DNA of 64,000 nucleotides from a virus (Duplodnaviria; Heunggongvirae; Uroviricota; Caudoviricetes). Positions 10,311-23,606 of the stretch are shown in pieces. The stretch lies in IMG/VR virus record IMGVR_UViG_3300031344_000001; one strand, given 5' to 3'. How positions within the stretch are numbered: position 1 is the first letter of the stretch; the number at the start of each line of letters is the position of its first letter. The notes under the pieces were generated by a model. It did not search any database. It was not told the DNA's origin and was given only the letters and a program-made list of their open reading frames with translations. A program made the position numbers and the translations under genes.

Positions 10311-12104
10311 CGATGGGGGCTCCAGAGGACACCACCAGCGTGCCGTTTGAAGGTGCCCGCGTGACGAACAACGCAGGGCCGTTCAAGAAAGTGCGTGCCT
10401 CGTGCCCGCTCTGCCGTCAGGAAGTGACCCTTGAGATCTTCGAGCGAGATCTTGCGTCGTCACGTCGTAACCGCACCGAGATCTCTCGCTTTCCTGTGCA
10501 CCCAATCCCGCTGATCGCCGTGTGCGACGAACGCCTTGGCCTCCGCTGCCCCGCGTCGTACCGAATGGTGTTCCTGCTCTGCGACAGAGTCCACGTCCGC
10601 CCCACGTGCTTGGACCCAGAGTGCTGGTTGGAGGAGCCTTGACCATGAGCGTCTCGACCAACGCAATCTTGTTCTACGGCTACTGCTGGGACGACGAGGC
10701 TGAGCACCCGTGGCCCGACGGTGAAGGTGAGGTCCTCGATGAGGATGAGGACGACAACTGGGAAGATCGCTACGCGCGTGCGCGTGGTTGTCTGCCTCCC
10801 GACGCGGAAGCCTCCGCGCGTGAGCACAAGAAGTACGAGACCGCGAAGAAGAAGCTCGTCGCGGCCTCACGCTGCCGCGTCGACACGCACTGCATGACCT
10901 CGTGCCCGATGCCCTACGTGGCCGTGGAAGCGTCCGTGACGATCAGCCACCGGGGCTACCCAAGCACGGTCACTTCCATCGACGTTGACCCCACCTGGGA
11001 CGAGGCCCTCACCGAGTTCTGCAAGACGCTGGGGATCAAGGTCGGCAAGAAGAAACCAAGCTGGTGGCTGGTGAGCGACTGGAGCGAGTGATGACTACCC
11101 CCACGACCCCGTCGAGGATCTCATGACCACTACCGCGAAGCCCTGCACAAACCACACACCCCCATGGTTCACCGGGCGCTGGCAAGACTGGCACCGCGGC
11201 CACGGCTGCGCGCAAGACGACGGCAAGCCGCGATCGCCAGAAGCGCTGATCGAGGTCACCCAGCACGAAGCCAACAAGGCAACGGGATACCTGACCGACG
11301 CCGAGCTGAGCTTCCTGCGGGCGCGTACGACGTCCGGCGACACGCTGCTCGTGCGCGCGCTCGACGAGCTGAGGGTGCGCCGTGCAACCGCGAAGGACGC
11401 GGGCTGAATGGCGTCTCCGCTCCACAAGATGATGGGACCGCCGGGCGAGCGCTGCTCGTGCGGCGCCAGTTTCGACGACTACGCCTCCTTGGCCGAGCAC
11501 GTGCGCCTGGACATCAAATGCCCACGCTGTGGCGCCCTCGCCGCTGACCAACTCGCCGCTGAGGAGGGCTTCAGCTGGCAGTGCGGTCACTGGATCGCGC
11601 GAGGGGACTTCTCGGCAACACTCCGGGAAGCAGGCGACGCTTTGGAGCACTACCCAACGTACGGACCAGACGCGAACCACGTAGCCTGCGCCTGCGGCCA
11701 CACAGAGCGCATCGAGGACAACATCGAGGACAGCATTGAAGTGCGTGCGCGACAGTGCGCTGCCGCCATCAAGCGCGTAGAAGCCCACGTACGACAGTTC
11801 AAGGTTCAAGGAGCCCGCGTGCGCGGCGATAACCCGTGATCGACGCCCGCGTCATCGACGTCCAGCCGCACCCCGACCAGGCCACGAACAACCCTGGCTG
11901 CTGGGCGGTTCAGTTCCGCGTCACCCACGCGGGGCGCTCGCGCACGTTCTGGCGCTGGCACACCGTGCGGAAGCTCAACGCGAACGGTGCCTGGGTCGCT
12001 CCCGGCGACGCCCCGCCATCGCACGAGGAGATCCTCACGCGCTTCTGGGACGACACCTTCGGGGAGCTTCACGGCTTCTCTTTCACTCCTGACGAGGCAC
12101 ACCC

Positions 12105-12656
12105 GTGACGAGCGCCGAGCGCCAACAGCTCCGAGCGACCTGCGCAGCCGCGACGCCCGGCCCCTGGTTCCTCGCCTACGCGACCGTGCATGACGGGCCG
12201 CGCACGCGCGAGTACATGCGCGTCGAGCGTGAGATCCCAGACGACGCACCTGAGGAGGCGTACGACGCGCTGCCGAACACCGCCATCTGCCACGTGCCCG
12301 TGATCGCGGGCGACACGCCGACCACCCAGGGCGCGCACGACGGCGAGTTCATCGCCGCCGCACGGACCGCAGTCCCGCGGCTCCTCGACGAGGTCGACCG
12401 GCTGCAAGTCCTCGCGGCCGATCGCTGGGCCCTCAAGGCGTTCCGCGACACCGTGGAAGAAGCGGAGGCCCTGATCAAAGAGCGAACGCGCCTAAGGACA
12501 GAGGTGGACGAGCAGCACAACGCGATCACCTGTCTTCGTACGGCGCTCGCCGAGGCCCTCGACCTCTTCGACGCCGTGGGGGGCCCCGAGCACGCTCCCC
12601 GCCCCGAACAGCTCGAGCGCGCCGCGGCGCTGAGGGCGTTGGTGCCCCCATGCTGA
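12105..12656 (+). CDS. Ead/Ea22-like phage protein
   Basis: AATPGPW...EFIAAARTAVPRLLDEVDRL. Confidence 0.75.
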   Translation: MTSAERQQLRATCAAATPGPWFLAYATVHDGPRTREYMRVEREIPDDAPEEAYDALPNTAICHVPVIAGDTPTTQGAHDGEFIAAARTAVPRLLDEVDRLQVLAADRWALKAFRDTVEEAEALIKERTRLRTEVDEQHNAITCLRTALAEALDLFDAVGGPEHAPRPEQLERAAALRALVPPC

Positions 12657-12858
12657 CCGCACCTGCGTACTACCCCGAGTACGAGCCCAAGGACGTGGAC
12701 AAGTTTGCAACGATGGAGAAGCTGCTCGGCACCGCGACGGACCCCGCGATGCTGCGCAAGCTCGTGCTGCTGTACACGTTCGACATGTCCTACGACCGTG
12801 GAGACATCCTCGTGGCGCTTGGCCGTGTGGAACGCGCACGCGGCTGGAAAGTCGACCC

Positions 12859-13248
12859 GTGACGACCAATCGGGCGACGGCGCCGAGCGCCAAGATCCGG
12901 CGCCCGTGCGCCAATTGTCCCTGGCGTGTCGACGCGCCGCGCGACTACTGGGACCCGCAGCACTTCATCGACATCTGGCGGAACTGCCAGGACGACGGCC
13001 TGAACATCATGCTCTGCCACAAAGCCGGGGCGCTGCCCGAAGAGGAGCGCGGTGGTGTGCCGTGTCAGGGGTGGATCCGCGTCATGGGCTTCGACGCGAT
13101 CGGCGTGCGCATCCTCGTCTTGCAGGGCCGAGCGACTCCGGAGGAGGTTAAGGACCGCAAGGGGCCCGCGCTGTTCCTGACGTTCACCGCGATGATGCAC
13201 GCGAACAAGATCAAACTGCCCAAGCGATCGAGGAGAACGCCCCGATGA
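12859..13248 (+). CDS. DUF6283-like Cys-rich phage protein
   Basis: PCANCPWRVD...CH...CQGW pattern. Confidence 0.6.
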   Translation: MTTNRATAPSAKIRRPCANCPWRVDAPRDYWDPQHFIDIWRNCQDDGLNIMLCHKAGALPEEERGGVPCQGWIRVMGFDAIGVRILVLQGRATPEEVKDRKGPALFLTFTAMMHANKIKLPKRSRRTPR

Positions 13249-14045
13249 GCACTACCCCCAGCACCCTCGACTGCACCCCCGCGTGCGAGGCAGCGCCCGC
13301 CTGCACCGTCTGCCACAGGCCCAAGCGCCCGCACGGCCGGAGCGTCTCACCCGAGCGGGAGCACGGGCTGTGCGGTCTCGACTGCTCCGGCTACGCGCTG
13401 GCCCCGAGGGCGGGGCACCTGTGGCCGGGGGAGCTCAAGGACGTGCAAGAGCGCCAGCGCGCCGGCGTTCAGGCCACCGAGATCCGCATCCTCGAGTCCT
13501 TCCTCGTCCACGCGGTCACCGGCACCTCTGACGTGAGGTGCCGCGGCGATCACCTGCGCTACGAGCGCGCTGGTCGACAATTCGAGTTGCGCGTCGCGGT
13601 GATCGAGGACGACGCATGAGCACCGAGGGCGTCGCCGTCATCGGAGCGCAAGAGAAGACGTACAAGCGCACGCGCACGATCTACGTGATCGGCGACGTCG
13701 CGTTCGTGGCGAACCCGGCGTCGCGCAGCTCGTGGTGGAAGACGCACGTCTCGGTCGCGATCGCAGCCTGTCCCACGTGCGGGGCGCCAATCGGCCAACT
13801 CTGCAAACCGGCGTTCGGGTTCTGTCACGGCAGTACGCACGGGGCCCGCAGGCGCCTCGCGCGTGGGCGTGACCAGGTCGCGATGCGGGTCGACGTCCAG
13901 CAGGTGGCACCGTGAGCGCGCTCCAGGCACGCCAGCTCCGTCGCGCGAAGAAGGACCTCCGCACGACCCAGGACGACATCGCAGAGCGTCAGGTGGACCT
14001 CGTGAAGGTCCTGGAGAAAACACACTCGAAGGAGACGAAGCTCTC

Positions 14046-14393
14046 ATGACCGAACTCGAACTCGACGTCATCGCCGCACTCAAGAAGCTGGCAGAGGCGG
14101 CCACGCCGGGGCCGTGGCAGACCACCACTGAAGTGGACAGGCCCGTCGGCCTGCACGTGAACGGGCGCTCGCTCCTCATGCGGGACAGCGACGGCCTGGC
14201 ATGCGTCGACAGACGTGAGGACGCGGCCTTCATCGCCGCCGCCAATCCCACCGTCATCCTCGCGCTGATCGCGCTGATCACCGAGCCACTGATATTCCTC
14301 AAGCCGGGATCGCTGATCGCGAGCGGTGAAGCGATCGAGAGGCTGGAGAGAGACGCAACCCCGAAGGCCGCGTCTGAGCCGGAGTGTCCATGA
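14046..14393 (+). CDS. Ead/Ea22-like phage protein
   Basis: LAEAATPGPW...DAAFIAAANPTVILALI. Confidence 0.75.
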   Translation: MTELELDVIAALKKLAEAATPGPWQTTTEVDRPVGLHVNGRSLLMRDSDGLACVDRREDAAFIAAANPTVILALIALITEPLIFLKPGSLIASGEAIERLERDATPKAASEPECP

Positions 14394-15758
14394 CGAAGAT
14401 CCTCGAAGCGGTCGGAACGCTCCAACTCATCGACACGGGCAAGCGCTGCTCGGTGCGCAACGTCCGCATCCTGCGCGTGCACTGCACCGCGGGCTGCGGC
14501 GACGACTTCCTGCACGATGCGATCGTTGCCCCCTACTGGAACACGGTCAAGATGCTCGACGGCTACCACCAGGGGTGCGATCCGAACTCCGCGTGGAGGA
14601 AGGACCCCGTCGGCAGAAAGCTCCGGCATGACGCGAGCAAGTCGCTGCTCGACAAGAGCGCGGCCGGCGCATGCATCGCGTGCGACGAGCTCAACTGCAC
14701 GGGGGCGGGCCCGAACACGACCGCACCTGCCAACTAGGACGACGGAGACACCAGCGTGCCTGACATCGCCATGTGCAAAGGAGACGACTGCCCGAGGAAG
14801 GCGGAGTGCTACCGCCACCGCGCGGTACCGACGCCGCGACGGCAGTCGTACTTCGCTAAGCCGCCCCTGCACGCGGACGGGTCATGCACGGACTTCCTGT
14901 CGCTGCGGAAGGGCGACCGACTCGCGGACGGTACCCTCGTCGGAATGGAGGAGGCGTGACCGCAGAGTTGACGCACTGTCCGACCTGCCGATCGACCTGC
15001 CGATCGACTCATCCGCGCCCTCACACGGCAACGCTGAGGGGCCTTTGGGACGACTACTGCTACAACCCGTGGCACCGAGGGCTCGTCGTACACTTCACAC
15101 GCACGCCGTTCAGCACGCCCAACACCGCGGTGTGCGACGCGAAGATCGACGACCCCCGGCTCCAGTTGACGAAGAGCTGGACATTCGTCTCGTGCCCGCG
15201 CTGCATCTCCACGGCCCCAACGTGCGACCGATCGCACCCGGCCCCCTCGTGCGCGGACCCCGCGTGCTACCGCGCGGAGGCTGCACGCAAGGCCGCCGAG
15301 TCCTTGCCGAGCCCGGGCCTCAGGAACCAGGACAAGCGCGACCCTGACACGATCAACGGGGCCTACGAGATCGCGCCGCGCACGCGCGGCGACGACAACG
15401 TCCCGTCCATCGCCGAGGACTTTGGCGGCGGCGAAACCAAGGTGCACTACCTGCCGAACGAGCCCAAGGCCCCCGCGCGCTCCACCTCGAGCTTCACCGA
15501 ACCAGATCCAACGCCCGCACCTCTGCCGCCCACGCCGAGCGCACCCCACGAGATCTCCTGTCCGCTCTGCACACAAGGCCCGACCGTCCAGGACCTGCCC
15601 GAGATCACCGCGTGGTCCTGCGGGCACGAGATCCTCAAGCGCCCACGCTCGATCGCAGCGTTGTTCCAAGACATGCTGCGAAGCGCCTACCAAGCAGGCG
15701 TCGCTTCCGCGACGACCGGCGAGACCTTCGAGGCATGGTACCAGCGCGAGGTATTACG

Positions 15759-16505
15759 ATGAGCGACGAGAACACAACCGAGATGAAGACAGCCCCGAAC
15801 GGCGTACCGAACGGCGTGGTGAACGGTACGGCGAGCGGTGACCTGCACGACGGAGAAAAACCAACGGCCGCGACCGACGGCCACAAGGCGGACGAGACCG
15901 TGTCCAACAAGAAGAAGCACAAGCATCGTGGCAAGCCGGTGCCCACCGTCGACACCGCGCCACCAGCCACCGGCGCAGCAGAGGCCCCCGCGTCGATCGA
16001 CACGGACACCCCAGAATCGACAGCGCCGTCGCAGGCGTCGACGTCGATCGAGGCGTCGTCAACGCCACAGGAGCCAGTCGAGCTGTTGCCGCAGGAGACG
16101 ACGACTCCGGAGGAGACGGCTCAGGTGGAGCCCCCGCAGGAAGCAACGGCTCCGCAAGAAGCTCCGGCTCCGGCAGCGCCCCCGCAGGAGGCGACGGCTC
16201 CGGAGCGTGAGGCGCCCGCCGAAGATCTCCGGCTGCGCACGAAGGTCTGGACCAACCCCGCAACCGGCAAGCGCTACCTGATGCCGACCGCGTTCATGCG
16301 CGACGTCGTGAACGGCCAGCCGGTCAGCGACGTGATGTACGCCTACGCGATGCGCGACGACGACACCCAGCTCGTGACGCTGACGGCGCGCGAGTGGAAC
16401 GCACTGCCATTCTTCTACTTCAAGGAGGACGGTCCGGCGCCCCGCGCGACCGCGCGGCCCGTCGACGTGGTGCCCGGGCGCCGCCGCACACGAGGGGCCC
16501 GGTGA
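15759..16505 (+). CDS. Hypothetical protein with an acidic Pro/Ala/Thr/Glu low-complexity repeat region
   Basis: Repeated PQEATAP-like units followed by a globular C-terminal domain. Confidence 0.7.
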   Translation: MSDENTTEMKTAPNGVPNGVVNGTASGDLHDGEKPTAATDGHKADETVSNKKKHKHRGKPVPTVDTAPPATGAAEAPASIDTDTPESTAPSQASTSIEASSTPQEPVELLPQETTTPEETAQVEPPQEATAPQEAPAPAAPPQEATAPEREAPAEDLRLRTKVWTNPATGKRYLMPTAFMRDVVNGQPVSDVMYAYAMRDDDTQLVTLTAREWNALPFFYFKEDGPAPRATARPVDVVPGRRRTRGAR

Positions 16506-17210
16506 AGTTCGAGGTCGCGATCGGACTCGATCGACGCGTCGCGCTCCAGATGCCAGGGGCCGTGTGAGCTGGTCGTCGACGACGCGCTAGGACACGAGAG
16601 CGAACATCAAGAAGGGACTCGAAATGATGGGTGATGATTTTGCAGAGCGTAAGAGCGCCGCGGCGGCGCTGGAGAACAACGGCTTGCACACGGCCCTGAA
16701 GAATCCGCCCTCGGTGATCTCTGGTCAGCTCCGCGACGAGCTGATCAGGATCCTCAGGACGGGCGACGACAAGAGGGAGGGCGCGTTCACCGTCGCCATT
16801 GCCGCCCAAGTCGAGAAGTTCGCCGTCGCCGCGCGAGAAATCCTGATGACGGAGAACCTCGCCCAGCAAGACCTCGCGTCCCTCATGATGATGCGCAAGC
16901 ATCAGATGGGCTTGGGCGGTCCGTACAGCGTCGTCGGAGGCGGCCTCAGCAGCCTCAGTAGCGACAGCCTCATGTCCATGCCATACGGCGGCACGGGTCC
17001 GATCAACAACGAGAATTTCGGCGTCCAAGCCGTCAGGCAGATCGTCGATGCGGCCCGGACGATGGGCGAGTCACCCGCGAAGCTCGTCGAGGCGCTCGCC
17101 GTCGCGCGCTCGAACAACCTCGCCGACGTCGCCGCCGTCCTCGAGAAGAAGCTCGGCGTCTCGAAGGCCGAAGCGCCCCTCGAAGGCGCAGCGCCCGAAG
17201 GGCAGACGTC

Positions 17211-18053
17211 GTGAAGTTCTACATCCCGTCGTGGAATGGCGACTTTCGGCTCGAGGCCGACGGCGAAGGGTCGAAGCTCGTCGTCCACGACCCGACTCCG
17301 CACGAGCAGAAGATCATCGGGGAGTTCTTGATCAGGGCCGAGGCCGAGGGCTGGATGAGCAAAGCGGCGATCAAGAGCTTCGGCCTGAGCGGCAAGAGCG
17401 AGGTGTCGATCTCCGCGTCCCTGGCGAAAGCGGCGAAGATCCTCCTCAAGCTCGCTAGGCCGAAGAAACAGACGTTGACGGCGATCTGGTTCTCCGATGG
17501 AGTTCTAAGCGTCATCGAGGGTGCCGACGAGGCTGCCGCCGAAAAGGTCGAGAAAGCCGTCGAGAAAGCTGTGGCGACCGAGGATCCGAAGCAGCCCGCG
17601 AAGGCCGCGAGCGTGCGGCGCCCAACGCCTTGCTGCCCCGACTGCGAGATCGGATCCGTCGCGCCCGCGAACGAAGTGCTGCTCTCATTCTTGAATGACG
17701 AAGAGCACGAGACGTGGGCGCGAGAGCGGGCCATCATCGTGACGGGTGGCCTCACCGGCCACCGCTACGTCCTCGCCCACAGGCAGAGTGCCCTCGCCGC
17801 CTACAACACCAAGGTGTGCTTCGACCTGGACGACGGGCAGGTCCTGCATTTCCACGACAACAGCGTGCCCCCCGAGGAGGAGGTGCTCGCCGCGAAGTTG
17901 ATCCTCGAACATCGCGAGCCGTGGCTCCGCAACGAGGCAACGCTCCTCGAAGGCACCAACATGAAGTTCAAGAACCCGTTCGGCGATCTCGCCGACGGCA
18001 CCGAGACCGCCGCCTTCGTGGGCCAGCTCGGCCGCTTGTTCAGGGGCGCCTGA
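17211..18053 (+). CDS. Hypothetical phage protein
   Basis: 280 aa ORF with PCCPDC and PPEEEVLAAKLILE. Function not recognised. Confidence 0.7.
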   Translation: MKFYIPSWNGDFRLEADGEGSKLVVHDPTPHEQKIIGEFLIRAEAEGWMSKAAIKSFGLSGKSEVSISASLAKAAKILLKLARPKKQTLTAIWFSDGVLSVIEGADEAAAEKVEKAVEKAVATEDPKQPAKAASVRRPTPCCPDCEIGSVAPANEVLLSFLNDEEHETWARERAIIVTGGLTGHRYVLAHRQSALAAYNTKVCFDLDDGQVLHFHDNSVPPEEEVLAAKLILEHREPWLRNEATLLEGTNMKFKNPFGDLADGTETAAFVGQLGRLFRGA

Positions 18054-21000
18054 GGACTCGGCATGACTCAGCCTGACTCGAACCCGGACCCGGGCCTGCT
18101 CGACGAGGTGACGAAATTCGTCCGTCTCGCAGAAGAGGCGCTGTCGGACGATGAGGAGCAAGAACCCGGTCCCTGGACGACGGGTACCTGCATGAGTGGA
18201 GAGGCGTGCTGGTGCCGTACAGTGATCTCGTCGCGTATTGACAACGACTCGCCAATCAGCAGCGAACGCGGTAAGCCCGCCTGGGTCGTTGGAGACGCTT
18301 CGCTGGACAGAGCTGTCGCCGAGTACATGACGCGAGTCCGCACCCGCGAACCGCAGCTCGCCCGCGCGGTGATCGAGTTGAGCCTCCTTCTCGGCTACAG
18401 CCGGGAAGGCGTCGGCCACTGGACGCGCGAGGCAGAGAGGCTGATGCACGAGCGTGACGCGGCGCTGGCCGACGTCACCAAGCTACGTGCCGCGCTCTCA
18501 CAGACACCAATGTGAAGGAGATCCAGCCGTGATCATCGTCCGACATACCAAAGAGTGCGCCGGCAAACCCGACGCGAACGGGCGCCTGACCGGGAGGTGT
18601 AACTGCAAGACCGCCAAGCTCGACGAGTCCGCGATGAAGCGGCTGCGCCTACTGCTTGGCACGCTTGCCGGCGAGTCACTCAAGGCAGGCGAGGAGTCCG
18701 AATATTTTGCGCTTCGTCTCGACGAGCTTGCAGATCAGATCGCGAAGGACGCGCGCGGCGTGCGCCGGACCGCGAAGCGATCGGATCTCACGACCCGAAG
18801 AACTGCGCATCATACGGCGGTGGCCTTAAACCGCTGAGCACGGAATTAACAATGACGCCCAACGACGACAACGCCGCGCCTCTCGGTACGGTCCTCCAGT
18901 ACGCTGCCCTGCCGACGGCTTCCGGCATGGACGCGATCGAAGCGCGCCTGGTCCCCGTGCAGGAGGTCCCGCCCAGGGCAGAGGTCCACTTCTACGCGCT
19001 TCGCGGAGGCGCAAGAGAGCGCCTGACCACCGCGGAGGCAACCGCGGTGCTGCACGAGCTCGTGCCGCAGAAGGCCATCAGCACGTTGTCCCACGTCGAG
19101 CTGCTCGTGGAAGTCTCGGTGCTCCGCACCGAAGTGGCACGCTTGCGACCGATCTACGCGGCGGCGAAGGCGTGGAGGGCCGGCCGTGCACCGCGCGCGG
19201 TGGCGGAACACCAAAGCTCCACGGAGGAAGGGCTGATCGAGGCCGTCGACACCGCGACCAGCGCAGCGGGGACCTCCTCGTGACGACGACCGTCGATGCC
19301 ACGTCCGTCGCGTGCCCCACGTGCGACGCCTGGATCGGCTGGGCCTGCGAAGGTGCGGACTACGGCTACCACGCGGCGGGTTACCACCCCGCGCGCGAGG
19401 AGGCTGCGGTTCGTGCGGCCACGTCCACACAAGTCAACACGTCCACCGAAACGAAGGGCGCGCCATGAGCACAGGAGTCGTCAAGGTCGACCCGACCACG
19501 TACGTGATCTTCAACCTCAGGTTCCAGCCGTGACCCGCGAGGACTCCATCCGACCATGACGACCAAGACCAAGACGACTCCGGCACCCAGTGTCCAAGCC
19601 CACGAGATCACGATCCACCGCGTGCCCCCCTCGCACGAGGGCGTGCTCGTGCTCATGGGCGGTCACCGCGCGAGCTGCTCGTGCGGCTGGGGCAGCGACT
19701 GCTACTCGCAACTCTCCGACACCGAGCGCGCGATCGACGTCCACCTGCGCCGCGCAGGGCGCCTCGACCTCGACGCGCTGATCGCCCGGTCGTCGATCGG
19801 CGCCGCGGTCGCCGACATCAAGGCCCGCGGGATCGACGCACACCTGGTCGACCTGGAGCGCGAGATGAACCGCCGCCCGACGAAGACGAAGAGGTCCGCA
19901 AAGAAGGAACTCTCCGTCAAGGATAAGGCGTTCATGCGCGGATTCGGCATCGCGCTCGCCTCGATCTGGAGTTGCCACCACGACGGCCAGATGGTGCGCT
20001 GCCTGATCAAGCAGAACGGCTTCACCCTGTCCTCGTTCCGCGACGTCGACATGCTCGACGGTGACTACGCGGCAATCTGCGCGGCGGTGCGCCAGTGAAC
20101 AATCACCAGAAGGACCTCCTCCGTCGCGAAGCGTTCGTGCACGGCTTCGTCGCCGGGCGCGACCCCAAGACCCCGCGAGACACACTCCTCGTGCTTGAGG
20201 AAGCGGAGCGCGCGTGGGGCGTCCACCTCACACTCAGGGAGGAGGCCGCGCGTGGCTAGGATCCAACTAGAGACCGTCGGACTGGAGTTCGAGGAAGACG
20301 GCAACACGATCTGGGTCCACGGATCGGAGGGCACGGTCCTGCGCATCAAGTGCTCCGGTCGGATCACGACGACGCGCTGCTCGGCGCCGGGTCCGCACTC
20401 CGACGTCCTCGTCCACGGGGACATCGAGTTCTGCTTACCCGCGAGCGTGCTTGGCGAGGACACCGAGCCCAAGGAGTTGGTCCATTGATGCCCTCCGCGC
20501 CACCGGGCAAGAAGCTCCTGTTCTGGGACGAGCTTGCCGGCGAGCTCCAACCGCTACTCGACCTACTCAACGTGATCCCCGGCGGTCGTCGGCACGGCCA
20601 ACCCCGGGATCACGTCAGGCGAGACGTACCGCGCACTGACCGCGAGGCGCTGGCCCGCGCGCTCCAGCTCCGGTCCGCCGCGAACCCGTCGGGCGGCGAC
20701 GTGCTCATGGGGTACATGGGCTGGGCGGACTGCCGGATCTGCGGCGAGCGCCTCGGCACGCGCGACTTCTTCGGCCACGGCTTCGTGTGGCCGGAGAAGG
20801 CCGACCACTACGTTCTCGTCCACGACGTCTGGACGCCCGAGTGCTCCGAGCTACTCGCGGTCCTTCGCCGAAGTTCGCGGAGGGCCCCGTGACGCTGCTC
20901 CCGTTAGAGCAGAGCGCCGTGCCGCTGCGGTGCGCCGTCTACGCCCGCCACGCCGTACTGTGGAACTACTGGCTGCTATCAGACAAGCGCGTCAACGGCA

Positions 21001-23153
21001 GACGATTCACCGTCGAGCAATACGGCAAGGCGCGGGACTGGGCCGAGCCCATCGTCTACGGCACCGACTACGTCATCGACGGCGTCTACGTGACGGCGGC
21101 CGAGTTCGACCGCGTCATGCGCCTCGAAGGGATCCCGTGACCGTTCAGAACGCAGCAAGGAGCGCTACATGATCGAGTCCGGTGCTCTCGATCTAACAAC
21201 CACGGTCACGGTCACGTACACAATCGGTGGCAGCGGCGGACCTGTCTATCGCGGCATTCCGTCACTCGACGCGGCGATCTCCATGCTGGATGACCTGGTG
21301 CGCTACGACGATACAGACGAGGCGATCGTGCGCACCTCGCTTGAGGTATCGTTCGACTACGTCGAAGACGCCCCCGAGAAATACTGGCAGGTAGCCGACG
21401 AAGACGGTCGTCCCAATCTGGTCATCAGCGAAGAGTTCCGTTGTGGCCATTGTGGAATGCGGAAGCCGTGACGTTCCACGACGAAAACGTGCGTCGCTGC
21501 CCATGGTGCGCGGAGGTCGTCGCCCCCGGTGACCTCACGCACTCACTCCTGCCGGGCTACCACTACGCCTGCGCTCTCCGATCCGCGATCGGCTCGATCG
21601 GCCACGTCCGCGGCACGTGCAGCTGCTACGTGAAGGACGGCACCGCAGAGGAGGATCCGCCCGGGCTCAGTCGACGCCAGGCAGCTCGGCTCGTCGCTGA
21701 CTACGTACGCCAGCAACAGGCTCTCGCGCCTTCGCCAGGGCGGAACTGATGCGCGCCCAAGGAAGGGGCCACAAAGCATGAAGGAGAGCGAAGCGAAAAC
21801 GTGGAAGGCAGAGACCGGCATGATGCCGTGCTGGATCATCTGGGAAGCCGCCTCCGACGGCGGTCGCCCCTACCTCATCGCCATCGACACGAGCGAGGAG
21901 CAGGCGAACCTGCACGTCCGCGCCAAGCGCGAGGAGGCGCGGCTACTCGACAGACCGCCGCCGCAGATCCGCGTCGAGGAGAGCTACCTCGACCACCTCT
22001 ACGGTGAGTCGATGACCAAGACGTTCGACGAGGCCAAGAAGATGATGAAGGACATCTTGCGCGCCCAGATCGTCGACCTGAAGGCTCGCCTCCGCTGCGC
22101 CGTCGACCTGGCACGCGACGCCGTCAAGCACAGCCACCTCCACCGAACCTCTGCGCAGGAGGTCCTCGACGCGCTCGCCAAGCTGGAGAAAGGGCTATGA
22201 CCACGCTCCTCACCGACCGCGTCGAGCAAGCGCTCCGACGCGCACACTGCTCGCACGCCGACAGCGCCGACCCTGAACACCAGTGTGTCGGCAGCTGCCT
22301 CATCACGCCCCAGGGGGTGAAGCTGTCCTGCAAGGCGTGCGGTGACGACGATCGCGCGATCGCGCCGTCCGACACGCTGCCGGAAACGAGACTCGTGCGC
22401 GCCGTGCTCGACGCGCTCGGCATCGCATACGACGCGCTGTCGCCCGAGTACAAGGTGCGCGCGGCGGAGACCGCAAAACGCTGGATGGGAACACGGAGAT
22501 ACTGATGAGCGACGACCCCAGAGACGAGAAGCGCTTGCACGGCCTGAACGCCGCAAGTGCCGGCAACCTAGGCAGCATCGACACGGGCAGTCTCCTGGGA
22601 CCGTGCCCGAGCTGCGGCGCCGAGTTGCACGACACCCACGTCAAGGACCCGAGGACCGGCCGTGTCGAGCGCGGGATGGTGCACCCGGTACCATTCTGCA
22701 CGTACTTCGGCGAGACCGACCCCGCGGTCATCGAGCGTGACGTCCGCCGCGCGCAGGAGGCTTCATGACGACAGCCACGATCACCCAATTATGCGCGGAG
22801 CACGCGGCGTTGACCGCGGTCTACCTCGCCGCCGCCAACTTGCGCCAGTTCCCGGTCCCCTTCGACGCACACTTCGAGTTGGTCGGTGCTGTGGACCAGT
22901 GCCGCGCCATCCTGGAACCCGCGCCCGAGGAGGATCCACGGTCCGACTGGCGGAAGCACGTCGCGGCGTACCCGCGCGAGGAGTTCCTGGCCACGTTCCG
23001 CGAGGCACACGCCACACTCCACCGCCTGTGGTCGGCAGCTGTGGGCACGGAGGGCTACGACAAGGAGGCGTGGAAGACGCTCGACAACGCGCTCGCGTGT
23101 TTCGCGCGTGACGCCTCCGAGAAGTGCGGCCTCGATCGATCGGAGCCACTCCT

Positions 23154-23606
23154 GTGACCGCAACGACCAGACCCCTCGTCGGCATCTCCGTCCTCATCCT
23201 GAAGGAAGGGAAGCTGCTCCTCGGCAAGCGTCGCGGTTCGCACGGCGCCGGAGAGTACGCGGCACCCGGCGGTCACCTCGAGCACCTGGAGAGCTTCCAG
23301 ACCTGCGCCACGCGCGAGGTTCTCGAAGAGGCCGGGATCGAGGTCGGCCCACTGCGCTTCCTGTGCGTGCGCAACGCCACGCAGTACGCGCCGAAGCACT
23401 ACGTCGAGATCGCGTTCGTCACCGAATGGAAGGCGGGCGAGCCAGAGGTCCGCGAGCCGGACAAGGTCGACCGCTGGGACTGGTACGCCCTCGATGCGCT
23501 ACCGTCCCCCCTGTTCGCGCTGCTACCGGGAGCGATCGCGATCCTGCGCGACGGCGGTCCGCCCTGCCAGGACGCTCCATGCGCGGTCACGGACCCGCGT
23601 ACGTGA
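23154..23606 (+). CDS. NUDIX hydrolase (MutT/NUDT15-like)
   Basis: LLGKRRGSHGAGEYAAPGGHLEHLESFQTCATREVLEEAG Nudix box and EPDK..W.W. Confidence 0.92.
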   Translation: MTATTRPLVGISVLILKEGKLLLGKRRGSHGAGEYAAPGGHLEHLESFQTCATREVLEEAGIEVGPLRFLCVRNATQYAPKHYVEIAFVTEWKAGEPEVREPDKVDRWDWYALDALPSPLFALLPGAIAILRDGGPPCQDAPCAVTDPRT